Source of the DNA: Macrostomum hystrix
Lineage: Eukaryota > Animalia > Platyhelminthes
Length of the DNA: 64,000 nucleotides
Direction of reading: 5' to 3'
Assembly (NCBI GenBank): GCA_950097015.1
Contig: CATNEN010000003.1
Coordinates: forward strand, 5,952,001 to 6,016,000
The first letter of the stretch is position 1, and the number at the start of each line of letters is the position of its first letter. The translations under genes were made by a program, and so were the position numbers. Shown here piece by piece: positions 47,601 to 62,683 of this stretch. Under the pieces are notes generated by a model. The model was not told where the DNA came from and did not search any database. It was given only the letters and a program-made list of their open reading frames with translations.

Positions 47601-50559
47601 GATGGACAATTGGTAGCGACCTCCGTCTTGTTGACCCGGTCTCTCCAACTGGTTTGATAGAAACGCGAGGCCAATGGCCAGGACCTTAACAACAGGGGGG
47701 TATTTCAGATACGATTTTTTCTGTATGTATGTATTTCTGTATATAAATATTCGACCAATGGCCATGAAAACCCAGAAAACTGGTAGATATTTCCCGCTCT
47801 ATCCGATAAAATAACTTCCAGAATCACAAAAACATCGGCATCGAGATCTTCAACGATTCTAGACGGGGTATCTAATGGCAAGAAACTACTAATATAGGCA
47901 TCGGTTTCTGATCAGAAAATGTCATCATCTAAACACGCCAGCGTAATAATACATGTAATAATAATTTTTTTTTATTTATAATATTGTTATTTTTGCTCCT
48001 GCTTCTTCTTCTTCTTGGCGTTTATTCAATCTAGCTTTTTCATTTGGCTGCGAAGGAAAGTACGAGCTAATAAAAGCCAAAAAGGAATACATTTCAAGCA
48101 CTGACCCTCTACGTCGACGTCTGATCATTGTCGAGCAGTCGACTTTGACGCATGCTGGCCGAAGTTCACCAGATCGGCCTTGTCTCAGCACGGAATGCCA
48201 TTCCCCTGAACATTGGCTTCGCCTCCTATGTCGTTGCTGTCCGTCCGTTGGTGCCTTAACCGATGGCGTTGTTGGCAGGACAGCGGCGCATTGGGAACCA
48301 GTCAGTTGCCGGCATGCGCCCACGGTGCGATGAAAATAATCCGGCACTAGAGCTGGCGTAGAAGCGGAGCTACTGGGCGAGCAGAACCCAGTGCTGGATG
48401 TGCTATGGCAGTAGCGGGCAAACTCACAGCCGGCCAGGTGGCCCCAGAGCATCAGATCTGCTTGAGCATAGTTCGGCCGATACCAGCCGGAGTCTTCTAG
48501 CAGAGCCAGGGTGCCGCTGTCAAGCACACTCGCGGCCGGGCTTACCTGTTCAGCCGCCATCACCGATGACAGCATGAAGCCGGCGTCCCATGAAGTCCGC
48601 AGTCGGCGCAATCCTCGCCTGGACTGAAGCGGCAGGCCGCGGCTGCAGTTGAAGTGACTGGTGGCAAAGAGACGGACAGCCGGCGAGACTACAAAGCGTC
48701 CTCCTGAGTCGAGCAGTTCGCCTCTGCTAAGACTCATCCAGGTGTCATTGATGGCGTTGTAACGCTGGTACGTGCTCATAAGACGCCGCGAGAAGCCGAG
48801 CAAGCGTAGAAACTCAGCGAGGAGGCGCTGCAGGAAGCTGCCGCTCAACGATGCGCCTAAACTGACATCGTGAGGTCGCAGTAGTAATCGACCTGCAATC
48901 GGACGATTCACTCCAGGCTGCGAGGCGCAGTGTTGCGAGGCCATGCTGACGATTCCTTCCTCGTCTTCTAAGCCTTCCATTTCGTCTTCGCCAGCTTCGG
49001 ACTCTGGCTCGCCCTCCTCGTCATCGTCTGTCAGTGTTGGCGGCTCAGTCAGCGCACTGACGAACATCAGATAGCTCGCGTTGAGAGCGCCAGTGCCAGA
49101 TGGTATCAGCGTGGTCTTGACAGCATCAGTTGCCATTGCAGTGTCATTTTTTACTTGTATTGAATCGTTTGGCTGACTTAAGTGGTAGACTGCTAGTTCA
49201 GACAGGTACACATCGGGAATCTAAAATGACGATGACAATGAAGCTCCAGTTAACATAGATTCAAGAGGCCAACTTCAAAAGCCTAAAAAACGGTTCACAG
49301 TGACTCACCCGAAATGAATCTCGAAAACGCTTGCCTCCGCACTTCTCTCCGGTGTAGCTTGACATCAACTGACGACACCTCTTCGAATCCAACCATTCAG
49401 CGCAATAGGCTTTTGGTGAGCGACTAATTAGAAGAGGTGTCAGCTCCGGATTACCCATATGATGAGCTGTTACATGTGAAGGTTGTGCGATACTTCAATA
49501 AGTCACTTAATCAGCTAGCTGATTTCTACAGATTTACAGATGACAATGCATTGTCGCGATAGAGACACAACATACTCTTAGAGATGATACACAACAGACT
49601 CTCATAGATGATACACAACAGACTCTCATAGACTATACACAACAGACTCTCATAGATGATACACAACGGACTCTCATAGACGATACACAACGGACTCTCA
49701 TAGACGATACAGAACAGACTCGCATAGACGATACACAACAGACTCTCATAGACGATACACAACAGACTCTCATAGACGATACACAACAGACTCTCATAGA
49801 CGATACAGAACAGACTCGCATAGCCGATACACAACAGACTCTTAATGATGATACACAACGGACTCTCATAGACGATACACAACAGACTCTCATAGACGAT
49901 ACACAACAGACTCTCATAGACTATACACAACAGACTCTCATAGACGATACACAACAGCCTCTCATAGACGATACACAACAGACTCTCATAGACGATACAC
50001 AACAGACTCTCATAGACGATACACAACAGACTCTCATAGATGATACACAACAGACTCTCATAGACTATACACAACAGACTCTCATAGATGATACACAACA
50101 GACTCTCATAGACGATACACAACAGACTCTCATAGACGATACACAACAGACTCTCATAGACTATACACAACAGACTCTCATAGACGATACACAACAGCCT
50201 CTCATAGACGATACACAACAGACTCTCATAGACGATACACAACAGACTCTCTGGTATTATAGAAAACATTAATTTCATAGTAATGATCAAAATAATTGGC
50301 AGGACAAAAGTTAACAAGCCTTCAAAGAACCCTTACCAGTCAACAGCTGTTCTAGTCGCTCAGTCGCTGTATTCAACGCGTCGCTTAGAAGCAGTTTCTG
50401 TGAATCTGTCAGCACCAAATTGAGTTCATCCGTGTACACAACATGAATTCGCAATGAGGACCAAAAGCCATTGCTTTTGTTGACAACCTCTGCCGCAATT
50501 GAAATCCATGTAAATAATAAAGTAAATATAATTATTTTCTGATGAACTCTAGCCGTCAT
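44652..50559 (-). CDS. CIROP/leishmanolysin (peptidase M8)-like type I membrane protein, predicted catalytically inactive, about 786 aa, 8 exons
   Basis: Exons 50559-50337, 49466-49309, 49220-48106, 47684-47446, 47340-47299, 46769-46572, 45371-45272 and 44937-44652 (2361 nt). Signal peptide; M8 motifs RPIAG, LGFS and TLALLEDSGWYRPNY...MLWG; SEA-like VRAGSVI; TM IVGGAVGGFLVLGLLLTVSLIAI. Confidence 0.8.
45160..45250 (+). mobile_element. SINE family A, 5' head only
   Basis: GTAGCCTTGTGGTAAGGGCGTCGGACTC...GTTCGATTCC. Confidence 0.78.
45495..46460. repeat. 16-bp minisatellite family, switching from TCTGATCTCTCCCGTG to homogeneous TCTCATTCATCCCGTG
   Basis: About 55 copies in intron 6 of the M8-like gene. 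Confidence 0.97.
46830..47230 (-). mobile_element. SINE family A copy split by an insertion of about 290 bp
   Basis: GCACAGCCGCAGCTATT at 46837-46853 continues as GCTGCGAACAGCTGTTCAGTCCA...CTGGGGGC from about 47156. Confidence 0.6.
49580..50250. repeat. 24-bp minisatellite (TAGACGATACACAACAGACTCTCA)n
   Basis: Direct tandem copies in intron 1 of the M8-like gene. Confidence 0.96.
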
Positions 50560-51134
50560 TGACGACGGAATATGTAATTCCTTTAAAAAGAAGTTTCAAG
50601 CAATCTGGCAGTTCTCTTAAGGCTCGTATATTTCTCTCCGACTTCGTAGACGGTTTTGTGGCCTATTTTTTTCAACTTAAATGGATTAATGAATGACACT
50701 GCTATATTCTAAGCTTGAGACGAAGAGGAGACGGAGAAAAATATAGAGGGACAACGAATAAGAAAAGAGAGTTATATACTAGCTCGAATAAGCGAGCGCA
50801 GGAACGAACAATGGGCTGGCGAACAATGCTACGCTGGACTGGTTTCGAAGCAGGTTGGAAATGCTGAGTTTAGAAAGTTTCGATTCAAAGCAATGAATGA
50901 CATTCAAATAGGTGTGTTTAGCAAGGTTTATTGAGCTACACTGGCTGCAGAGAAAACTGGTAATGTGGACTAGTGCACCTGAAGCCAATTCTTGGCATAA
51001 ACTAGTAGCATAATTTTATTTCAACTCTGTCCTTCCTGTGTTCATGAGTTTCAATTCAGTATAACGGCAGACAGACTTGCAAAATATATTTGAGAGCTTA
51101 CGACAAAGTTAGATAGGTAGCTAGATAGATAAAG

Positions 51135-52130
51135 CTAGATAGACAGTGAGAATTCTAGCGAGAGACTGGGTGAGATACACAGTGAGAATTCTAGCGAGAG
51201 ACTGGGTGAGATAGACGGTGAGAATTCTGGAGAGAGACTGGGTGAGATAGACAGTGAGAATTCTGGAGAGAGACTGGGTGAGATAGACAGTGAGAATTCT
51301 GGAGAGAGACTGGGTGAGATAGACAGTGAGAATTCTAGCGAGAGACTGGGTGAGATAGACAGTGAGAATTCTAGCGAGAGACTGGGTGAGATAGACAGTG
51401 AGAATTCTGGAGAGAGACTGGGTGAGATAGACAGTGAGAATTCTGGAGAGAGACTGGGTGAGATAGACAGTGAGAATTCTGGAGAGAGACTGGGTGAGAT
51501 AGACAGTGAGAATTCTAGCGAGAGACTGGGTGAGATAGACAGTGAGAATTCTAGCGAGAGACTGGGTGAGATAGACAGTGAGAATTCTGGAGAGAGACTG
51601 GGTGAGATAGACAGTGAGAATTCTAGCAAGAGACTGGGTGAGATAGACAGTGAGATTTCTTGCGAGAGACTGTGTGAGATAGACAGTGAGAATTCTGGAG
51701 AGAGACTGGGTGAGATACACAGTGAGAATTCTAGCGAGAGACTGGGTGAGATAGACAGTGAGAATTCTAGCGAGAGACTGGGTGAGATAAACAGTGAGAA
51801 CTCTTGCGAGAGACTGGGTTAGATAGACAGTGAGAATTCTGGCGAGAGACTGGGTGAGATTGACAGTGAGAATTCTGGCGAGAGACTGGGTGAGATAGAC
51901 AGTGAGAATTCTAGCAAGAGACTGGGTGAGATAGACAGTGAGATTTCTTGCGAGAGACTGGGTGAGATAGACAGTGAGAATTCTAGCAAGAGACTGGGTG
52001 AGATAGACAGTGAGATTTCTTGCGAGAGACTGGGTGAGATAGACAGTGAGAATTCTAGCGAGAGACTGGATAGACAGTGAGATTTCTTGCGAGAGACTGG
52101 GTGAGATAGACAGTGAGAATTCTGGAGATA
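51135..52130. repeat. 36-bp minisatellite (GAGAGACTGGGTGAGATAGACAGTGAGAATTCTAGC)n
   Basis: About 27 direct copies. Confidence 0.96.
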
Positions 52131-52753
52131 GATATAGCAAGTAAAACACATCAAAATTATTGGCAGACAAAATACTGAGATGTGTTACAGATAAATAGAT
52201 GGTTTTTAGCTTGTATCTAGATATAAAGTTTTTGCTCTTAATTGTAAGCTCTTATTCATTGTAATGTTTTCGACCTCTAGTTGCTCATTGTATTTTTACA
52301 TTTGAAGGGCCGAGCAAGTCGCTCTTTTATTTTCAGTGTTTTCTTGACTTGCTAATTTGAAAAAAGAGTTCAAGTTTTGCTTTGTGTTTCGATGCTTTTT
52401 GTTTGCTACAAATAAGAGACTCAAACTCAAAGACAGGTATAATAATTTTTAATCTTCTTTAATTTGCAACAAAAACTCGTTATTTTTCAGTCGGAACATA
52501 TCCGATGCGCAACTACAAGGAGGAAATTTTTTGAGTGTGAGCTTGATTAGTATTTTTTTTCCATTTTACCAATGCAGGTAATTGCATTAACAAACCTCAA
52601 TGATACTTAACGAGCTATACAATCTACTGGCTAATACATTGCTCTGTGTGGTAGTCATTGACAACGATGACAACAAATAGACCGATAGAGACTGTATATC
52701 GCAGTAGGATTTTACACGTGTAGCTGCCATTTTGAGACTAATATTAAATAGTC

Positions 52754-53874
52754 ATGAATGTGCTTCTACTGCTAGTCGCAGGCATGTTTGTCACTGCCTT
52801 TGCAGTGTTCAATCAGGACTTTCTGAGCTTCGAGAATGCCTTACTGTGCATGCGCAGTCAGTTCACAGAGACCCACCCGGACATTAGCTCGGAGAGGCAT
52901 TGCGCGATGCTGTGCAGAAACGAGACCCGCTGTCAGGCCTTCAGCCTGATCGACGGACCCTGTCAGTTGTTCGTGTTCGACAAGTGCAGCAAGAGAGTGC
53001 GCCATTGTCAAAACTGCACCCGCAGGGGTCAGGTGTTTATGAAAAAGAAGCCAAACGGTTTGTTGCCTCGGACCAGCCTGTGCCCCAACGGATTCGACAC
53101 CGACTTTTGCGGCACCAAATACGGCATCTACCGGCGCGTTACCAGCTGGGACCAGGCCAAGAGTATCATAGAAACTAAGCCAGGCCTAGTCATCATGGCC
53201 GATGTTGAGGACGCTGCGGAGCTGAACCACATTTACGCCATAATTGTAAGGTACGGTTGAGTGGCAGAGCGGTTAACGCGTTTGCCTCTCGCACCAAGGT
53301 CCCTAAGTTCGATTCCACGGCGAGGCCACATTTATTTGGGGCGCAGCCGCGGAGAGAAGGCTTTGGGGCTTGTCGTGCAATTGACGCCCTTGAGGGCCAA
53401 CCTCCAAGACACAGTGAAGTGTACACTGCCTGACGATGAGAAAGTCAGGGCAGATGTACACACCTGTGTGAGCGAATGCCTGCGTACAGTATTTGTGTGC
53501 GTGTGTGCTCAGGAGTCAGCGAAATGGGCAGAATTGCCTCCTCGCTGGCTGCGGGTCTAGTGTCACCAAATGATGTGCCATTGCCCGCAGCCCACCTGCA
53601 ATTATTATTATTATTAAGGTACGGTTGGGATCTTGTCCTGCTTGGTGGCATTCAACCGTCTGGCAGTCAGGAGCCAGCAGGCGGCTGGCGCTGGAGTAGC
53701 TGCGACACCGCCATCGAAATGAACAGCGGCCTGTGGAGAATAAATGAGCCCAACAATTTCGGATCAGGTGAAAATTTGGTGGCGATTCATCACGAGACTC
53801 CGGCGCTTAACGATGACTCGTTTTCGAGTACCTACACTGGCGTCTTGGCGGAGTGTGTGTCGCCGTTCGACTAG
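52754..53874 (+). CDS. Secreted PAN/apple + C-type lectin protein, about 250 aa, interrupted by a SINE B insertion
   Basis: Signal peptide, PAN motif CAMLCRNETRCQAF...C, and CTLD (CPNGF, SWDQAK, GGWRW, W..NEPNN, ND, C). Removing 53251-53618 gives a 753-nt intact ORF. Confidence 0.8.
53260..53614 (+). mobile_element. SINE family B, with 13-bp TSD TAAGGTACGGTTG and (ATT)n tail
   Basis: TSD at 53247-53259 and 53615-53627. A box GTGGCAGAGCGG and B box GTTCGATTCC. Confidence 0.92.
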
Positions 53875-54099
53875 ATGACAAGGTGAATCGCGCAGCGAGC
53901 GCAACGAGCGTAACTGAAATACTCAAGAACTGATTCTATTGTTTTGCTTTTGAAAGATTTTCAACGAGCTGTACCCAAGGACTACTGGAAATAGAAGTAA
54001 CTAACACTAACAGAAGATCTGTCACTGATCTATAACGGCTTTCTAAGAAGCGTTTTCTGATAAATCTCAAAAAAAATAAAAAACTGATTTCGAAAAATA

Positions 54100-54780
54100 A
54101 ATCTGGAAGTTATTTCTAAGAAATCTCTGACCGAATCGATAATTTGTTTCTAAGCAGTGTCTGACAGAATCAAAAAGTGATTTTTAAGAAATCTCTGACC
54201 GAATCATAAGTGGTTTCTAGGCAATGTCAGACCGATTCAATATGTAGTTTCTAAGAAATCTATGACCCAATCATTAAGTGGTTTCGAAGAAATCTCTTAC
54301 CGAATCAATAAGTAGTTTGTAGGAAATCTCTGACCGAATCGACGAGTGATTTCTAAGAAATCTCTGACCGAATCAATAATTGGTTTCTAAGAAATCTCTG
54401 ACCGAATCAATAATCGGTTTCTAAGAAATCTCTGACCGAATCAATAATCGGTTTCTAAGAAATCTCTGACCGAATCAATAATTGGTTTCTAAGAAATCTC
54501 TGACCGAATCAATAATCGGTTTCTAAGAAATCTCTGACCGAATCAATAATCGGTTTCTAAGAAATCTCTGACCGAATCAATAATTGGTTTCTAAGAAATC
54601 TCTGACCGAATCAATAATTGGTTTCTAAGAAATCTCTGACCGAATCAATAACTGGTTTCTAAGAAATCTCTGACAGTATAGATGAGTGATTTCTAAGTAG
54701 TCTCTAAGAGAATAGATTTTTTGTTTTCTAACAAATCTTTGAACTGATTTTTAAGGAAATCTCTGACCGAATCCATAAAA
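54100..54780. repeat. 34-bp minisatellite (TTTCTAAGAAATCTCTGACCGAATCAATAATTGG)n
   Basis: Direct copies with a homogeneous core and diverged edges. Confidence 0.93.
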
Positions 54781-55073
54781 ACGCTTAATAAAGTCACCAT
54801 ACTCAAGTACTATGGTGCAAATGTCTTGCTTTGCTAAAATTGGACGAATTCAATAAAGGAAACTGGTGTTTATATTATATTTAGGCAAACCTAGCGATTG
54901 AAATGACATTCAAACTTCGAGCCATGTCATTCAAGGTTGTCTCGCTGAAACTCTCAGTTTCTCTCTCAATTTGTAGATGAACGCGCAATCTATGCTACTG
55001 AAAGTAGGCTTGAGATTTACTTTAGCGATAAATTACGATTGATTTAAATTGGGTACAAATGAAGCGTCCTTAA

Positions 55074-55262
55074 TTGATTACAACTGTCCAGATGTGGCCT
55101 ATTGGGCCAGATGTGCAGCCGACAGCGCAGTCGCACCATTTAACAGCTGGGTGAAGCATTGCAAATTACTCGTATATTGCTAAAGGACACAATTTGTTCC
55201 GGGAATCGAACTCCCTACCTTCAAGTCGTGAGTATGAGGCCCTAACAACTAGGCTACAACCG
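55074..55262 (-). mobile_element. SINE family A (internally deleted)
   Basis: TTGGGCCAGATGTGCAGCCGACAGC...CATTTAACAGCTGGGTG...GGGAATCGAAC...GGCTACAAC. Confidence 0.8.
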
Positions 55263-55862
55263 CTTTAGATATATTTTTAGTAAATTAGATTATCCCTGTG
55301 CTAGCAATTTTGCAGTATATTTTTTATCCAAAAAATTGGCTTTGAAAACCCACTTATGTACTATTATTAAATGTCAGTTTTTCTATACAAACCTTTAGAA
55401 GATCAACTGAGTTGTTTAATTTTCTTGCTCGGAAGTAAGTTAGTTAAACTGCAATCTGGCTTGAGTTCTATTGGCTGTGTGAGTTTTTTGCTCAACCATT
55501 GGTCGATGACGGACAAGTGGGTAAGCTATTTTTAGAAACGTGGCAAGACTATGAATATATAGTGTCTATGCTGTGCTCACCGCTTGCAAGCTTTAACTAA
55601 GGACATCATCTCAGCCATTTTGTTAATTTTGTTTCCATGTGGCTATCAAGCTGCCCAACCCAGTCTAACTCAAGCATCAACTCATTCAGCAACTTGTCTA
55701 TTTTCAACAAGCAGACGAAACAACAAAAACAACAACAGCAGCAGCAGCAGCAGCAACAGGATGTTCAAGAGCGATGGAAGCACAGGTAAGGAAGTGTGAG
55801 AAAGTTGAGTATGAGTTGTGTAGCAATGAGCATTGAAAAAATAAATCCGACTGTTTTTCTCC

Positions 55863-55876
55863 GTCGTCATAGCAAC
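55863..55876. promoter_or_regulatory. RFX X-box
   Basis: GTCGTCATAGCAAC. Confidence 0.55.
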
Positions 55877-57074
55877 AAAATTGCCTAACTAAATATTGGA
55901 GAAAGAAAAACACAGTTACCTATGGGTATAGTGTGAGAATTTTGGGAGGGAAAATATGGAATTTAATTAAAAATATCAAACATTTTCCTGTCCAAATTCT
56001 TCCAAACTGGTTAGTTATTATTCGATACGTGTTCAATAAAACACGATTTGCGCAATTCGGAAACTTTATTTAATCCTTGTTTGCACATAATTTCCTTCTC
56101 TGGTAAAGAAACAGTTAATTAAAAAAGAGTGATTTTAAAACATTTTCTTGTAAATCAAGCAAAAGGTTGCCACCGTTGTTACTATACGAGGAGCCGACAT
56201 CGCTAGCTGTCGCCGAATTGAGTAGCAAACTCACCACTCGTCTGCACCCCAGTTACCAAAGGTAAAAGCAAATAGGAAGGTACAAGAGAAGAAAAGAAGC
56301 GAAATTATTGGGAAAAGGGGATAAAATAGGGCAAAAGAGGACCAAGAGGTACTCAGGTAAGGATCAGCTCAAGATGCGAACTAAAATTTAGATTGAGTTT
56401 CAACACCAGCCGCGTATCCTAACACACGAAGCGAATTGTGCACAACGCAGCACGCGCTGATACAAAACTAAATCACCCGGCAGTCTTCAGTATGGATGTT
56501 GTCTATCGCGAAATTTAATTTGGCGCCAATTTTTGTTATTCTAAATTTGCAACAAAAAAATTTTTTTGAAAAGCAGAGAAAATGTTGATTGCTTATACAT
56601 ACGAGATAAAAAACATACGTAGATAAAAAGTTACCTGTTAGATATCGACCTACATGTTAGATATCGTGTTACCTGTTAGATATCGAGAAACCTGTTAGAC
56701 ATCGAGAAACCTGTTGGATATCGAGTTACCAGATAGATATTGCGCCGATCGCATTTCAATTTATAAGCTTTCTAGACTGGGTTTTTTAATGCGCTTTTCG
56801 TTATGAAAAAGTATTTTGGAAGCACTATATATGTTCGTTAACCTAATCAACAAACTAATACCACGTATAAAATTAATCGCAAAATGGAGATAAGGACAAT
56901 TATCAAATGCTCTTTAAAGGTCAAAAGTGCACGCATGCCCCTTCTGTTTCAAATTTCAGGCAGTTTTAGCAAATCAAGCTACTCAAGCTTGAGAGCTATC
57001 AGAAGGTAAAACTTAAAGATTTGATTAGCTTTAAAACTAATTTGATTTCTGTTTTACTGCTTCGCTTTGGAGCT

Positions 57075-57258
57075 GGTTGTTTTTTTGCTTTGTTTGTTTG
57101 TTTGTTTTTGTTTGTGTGTTTGTTTGTTTGTTTGTTTAGTTGTTTGTTTGTTTGCCTGTTTTCCTGTTTGTTTGTTTGTTTGGCTGTTAGTTAGTTTGTT
57201 TGTTTGGTTCGTTGCTTGTTTGTTTGGTTGTTTGTTTGGTTGTTTGTTTGTTTGTTTA
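57075..57258. repeat. (TTTG)n microsatellite
   Basis: Direct observation. Confidence 0.9.
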
Positions 57259-57365
57259 ATTGTGGATGAGGGGCTGTGCGGTCTGATGCATTTTGGCACT
57301 TACACCACGGTCCTTAAGCTCCACTTTGCTGCAAGTACAGTGAGAGTGTTTACTACCTGAAAATA

Positions 57366-57495
57366 AGAAAGTCAGGGCAGATGTACACGCCTGTGTGTGA
57401 GTGTGTGCTGAGGAGTCAACGGAATGGGCAGAATTGCCTCCTCGCTGGCTGCGGGGTCAAGTGTCACCAAATGATGCGTCATTGCCCGCAGCCTG
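57366..57495 (+). mobile_element. SINE family B, 5'-truncated and internally deleted
   Basis: AGTCAGGGCAGATGTACAC...GGCAGAATTGCCTCCTCGCTGGCTGCGGG...CCCGCAGCC. Confidence 0.85.
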
Positions 57496-57771
57496 TAAAA
57501 AAATATTTATTAAAATGTTCGTTTGATTGCTGGTCTAGTTGCTTATATGGTATTCAGATATTTTATCAAAAAGCAGGCTTTTTAATTTTTATTGCTGCTA
57601 AAAAATTGCTGCTATTTCTGATCTTTCTATTTCAATGCTTTTTTTCTTATGATCGGCCTTATTTGCAATGTCTTATCTGATCTTTTGTGACAGCTTTTAA
57701 AGGCAGGACTGATAAAAAACCGCTGTTCAAAGAAGGCCGACAGCAATAGCTTCTCGTAGCTTGCGTTCTTA

Positions 57772-57785
57772 GTATCCATAGCAAC
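57772..57785. promoter_or_regulatory. RFX X-box
   Basis: GTATCCATAGCAAC. Confidence 0.6.
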
Positions 57786-58029
57786 AGTTCCAAACACAAT
57801 AATTCTCTGTTTTACAACTTATTCGGCAGCAATCCCAACCGCTTTTTTGTAAGACAGGTCAATCTACGGGTTCCAGCTTTTGTATAAAATGTTTAAATTT
57901 TTACTCCCATGAGTATCGGTAAAGTGTTGGCTACCGCAATCTGACGCTGCTCAAGCTATGAGTTGTGTCTAGTTGACTCGATTTGAGATGCTCGACCATC
58001 TTAAACACGGAAGATATTAGACACATTAG

Positions 58030-58848
58030 AGATGAGACAGTGAACAGATGAGACACGGGAGAGATAAAACACGGGAGAGACTAAACACAGGGGAGATGAG
58101 ACACGGGAGAGACTAAACACAGGGGAGATGAGACACAGGAGAGATTTAACACAGGGGAGATAAGACACGGGAGAGATTAAACACAGGGGAGATAAGACAC
58201 GGGAGAGATTAAACCCAGGAGAGATGAGACACGGGAGAGATTAAACACATGGGAGATGAGACACGAGAGAGACTAAACACAGGGGAGATAAGACACGGGA
58301 GAGATTAAACACAGGGGAGATGAGACACGGGAGAGATTTAACACAGGGGAGATAAGACACGGGAGAGACTAAACACAGGGGAGATAAGACACGGGAGAGA
58401 TTAAACCCAGGAGAGATGAGACACGGGAGAGATTAAACACATGGGAGATGAGACACGGGAGAGACTAAACACAGGGGAGATAAGACACGGGAGAGATTAA
58501 ACACAGGGGAGATGAGACACGGGAGAGATTTAACACAGGGGAGATAAGACACGGGAGAGACTAAACACAGGGGAGATGAGACACGTGAGAGATTTAACAC
58601 AGGGGAGATAAGACACGGGCGAGATTAAACACAGGGGAGATAAGACACGGAGAGATTTAACACAGGGGAGATGAGACACGTGAGAGATTTAACACAGGGG
58701 AGATGAGACACGTGAAAGGTTTAGCACAGGGAGATGAGACACGAGCGAGATTAAACACAGGAGAGATGAGACACGGGCGAGATTAAACACAGGGGAGATG
58801 AGACACGTGAAAGATAATACACGGGAGAGATGAGACAGGGGAGAGATG
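58030..58848. repeat. 16-bp family in reverse orientation, as a 32-bp dimer (GAGATTAAACACAGGG-GAGATAAGACACGGGA)n
   Basis: Reverse complement of the TCTCATCTCTCCCGTG unit, alternating two variants. Confidence 0.93.
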
Positions 58849-58910
58849 AAGCTTTTGCAATGAGCAGTAACTTGTCAGAGTCAGTTTATGAAGTTACATT
58901 TTCAAACTAA

Positions 58911-62683
<3,773 letters not shown>

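Noticed and set aside
53430-53450. Hammerhead ribozyme suggested by CTGACGA...GAAA in SINE B
   Set aside because: Only 3 nt lie between CUGANGA and GAAA, so there is no stem II. The bases form a simple CTGAC/GTCAG hairpin, and the 11334 copy reads TTGACGA...GGAA.
53477-53605. Canonical HDV-like ribozyme
   Set aside because: The P1.1 GG and a convincing P2/J4-2 are absent, and a competing 9-bp stem is better supported. Kept only as a lead under the SINE B structure finding.
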